From assembly GCF_000143415.4 (NCBI RefSeq), contig NW_003314627.1:1-10063 (forward strand): a stretch of DNA of 10,063 bases. Reading direction: 5' to 3'. The notes beneath the pieces are model-generated. The model was not told where the DNA came from, did not search any database, and saw nothing but the letters and a program-made list of their open reading frames with translations. Each line of letters starts with the position of its first letter. The stretch's first letter is position 1. The position numbers were made by a program, and so were the translations under genes. Shown here one piece after another: positions 8,463-10,063 of the stretch. The DNA is from Selaginella moellendorffii (Eukaryota; Plantae; Lycopodiophyta).

Positions 8463-8806
8463 GCTTATCTGACACGAAAACGCCTTGTTGGAACCTCCCA
8501 GTGTTTTGACGTGAATGTCAGCTTGCTTACACCGGAAGCCGCTAACATTTTATGAGCGAGGTACAAGATTCTTTCCGGGGCTAGAGCTTACCACGTGTTC
8601 TTGTAATTACCAAGTTGTCGCTGGAATTAAGCTCTGAACACAAAGAGGCAAGAATTGGGTGAAATAGTTTTGTTTGTCGCTCTGCAATATTCTGGACTAA
8701 ATGCTCTTGTTTGCTCCTGTTCATTCGTCAGGAATCAGATGGAGGAATGCTAACTAGGCGATTATCCTGAAAGCGTCCCGAGGTACACACACATACTCGA
8801 AGGGAA

Positions 8807-9239
8807 NNNNNNNNNNNNNNNNNNNNNNNNNNNNNNNNNNNNNNNNNNNNNNNNNNNNNNNNNNNNNNNNNNNNNNNNNNNNNNNNNNNNNNNNNNNNNN
8901 NNNNNNNNNNNNNNNNNNNNNNNNNNNNNNNNNNNNNNNNNNNNNNNNNNNNNNNNNNNNNNNNNNNNNNNNNNNNNNNNNNNNNNNNNNNNNNNNNNNN
9001 NNNNNNNNNNNNNNNNNNNNNNNNNNNNNNNNNNNNNNNNNNNNNNNNNNNNNNNNNNNNNNNNNNNNNNNNNNNNNNNNNNNNNNNNNNNNNNNNNNNN
9101 NNNNNNNNNNNNNNNNNNNNNNNNNNNNNNNNNNNNNNNNNNNNNNNNNNNNNNNNNNNNNNNNNNNNNNNNNNNNNNNNNNNNNNNNNNNNNNNNNNNN
9201 NNNNNNNNNNNNNNNNNNNNNNNNNNNNNNNNNNNNNNN
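8807..9239. other. Assembly gap (N run), probably hiding the RINGv domain of gene 4
   Basis: Run of N. Confidence 0.98.
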
Positions 9240-9441
9240 CCGGGCCGCCGAGAACGTAAGCTTTGATCGCGCCATCGCTCGAAGACCCGATCATCTCGTC
9301 ATGAGCGTGGAGCTCAATGTGGAGATGCAAGAGGAGAACTCCTACACCGTCAAGCGTGCTCTTTGCAACTTGCTGCTGTCGCTGTGCGTGGTTATCCCGT
9401 TCTTACCGTGGCTCTTCCGGGTACATTTGCTCAAGCTATAA
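9240..9441 (+). CDS. 3' part of a probable RING-CH/RINGv (MARCH-like, 'RING/FYVE/PHD zinc finger superfamily') membrane-anchored E3 ligase; 5' part hidden in gap 8807-9239
   Basis: The frame starting at 9241 is open to TAA 9439-9441: RAAENVSFDRAIARRPDHLVMSVELNVEMQEENSYTVKRALCNLLLSLCVVIPFLPWLFRVHLLKL*. RAAENV fits the tail of the RINGv motif CEICxxxAxNV. The hydrophobic end resembles the family C-terminus 'CNFLxACxVxAFxLPWxFRV' (from memory). The RING cysteines themselves are not visible. Confidence 0.6.
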
Positions 9442-10063
9442 AACTTTTCATTGCTATCGCCCCAGGGAGGTACTTAAAATCTCGATCGAAGCTTTTCCAA
9501 TCCATTTCTTTCCAGCTCGCTCACAGGGACGATCAACATTGCAACAACAGGGACAGTCCAGGAATCTTCTTTGGTTTTTTTGGTTTTTTTTTTCTTTAAA
9601 CAGCTTAGCTTTTGTTTTTGGCTCGCTCTGGACAAAACAAGACAGGGACTTTAACAGGAGCGTACGAAAGGCGTGTTGTACTCACGTACTATTCCGTGAC
9701 ACGGAAGAAATGCACGGAATCTACGTGGTGGGTTTAAAGTTAATAATGCGGCTTTTCCTAAGTTTATACGCAGAGAAAGAGTTCCAAATAAGTCCTCTTG
9801 GAAGAGGTACAAATTAGGGTGCTGTGTGGGTAGATCTACTGCTATTTATTTTCCTTCCCTATTTTGACGAGGTAGTTTTTTTTTCGCTCTGCTCTCTTGG
9901 ATAGGGGATGAATATTCTCTCTATCTCGCTACATGGAACCACAACGACGCGAGAAGCATTGATTCTCCTCCTCTTTGCGTGTTCTTGAGGAATCGATCGA
10001 TGCTTGCGTGCTGCTGAAGAGGGATTTATGGGTGATTCCCGGCAGGAAAATGCCACAGATTTG

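Noticed and set aside
9317-9817. ORFs 9317-9817 and 9363-9599
   Set aside because: Off-frame overlaps of gene 4 running into T-rich 3' sequence; low complexity.
10028-10063. ATG-initiated MGDSRQENATDL running off the window end
   Set aside because: Could start the next gene, but 12 codons cannot be supported.

Overview
Eukaryotic, gene-dense land-plant nuclear DNA with mostly 51-78 nt introns. The compactness suggests a lycophyte such as Selaginella, which is inference only. There are three N gaps. Four genes can be reconstructed by hand. (1) A + strand 8-exon LRR receptor-like kinase of the LRR-VI / At3g03770-like group (863/932..4741). (2) A convergent - strand 7-exon GT31 beta-1,3-galactosyltransferase, B3GALT13/14-like (6647..5250). 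(3) A divergent + strand queuine tRNA-ribosyltransferase accessory subunit QTRT2 (6802..8462, middle in a gap). (4) The 3' end of a probable RING-CH (RINGv) membrane-anchored E3 ligase (9240..9441). I see no evidence of a novel multi-gene system, CRISPR array, RNA gene or transposon. The most unusual signals are a 10-nt GT..AG segment exactly where QTRT2 needs a frame-restoring intron plus a second apparent 1-nt frameshift in that gene, a receptor kinase that keeps the catalytic Asp and DFG its 'inactive' relatives lack, a GC-AG in-frame intron, candidate 3'-UTR introns in both convergent genes, and a 154-bp bidirectional promoter with an inverted pair of telo-boxes.
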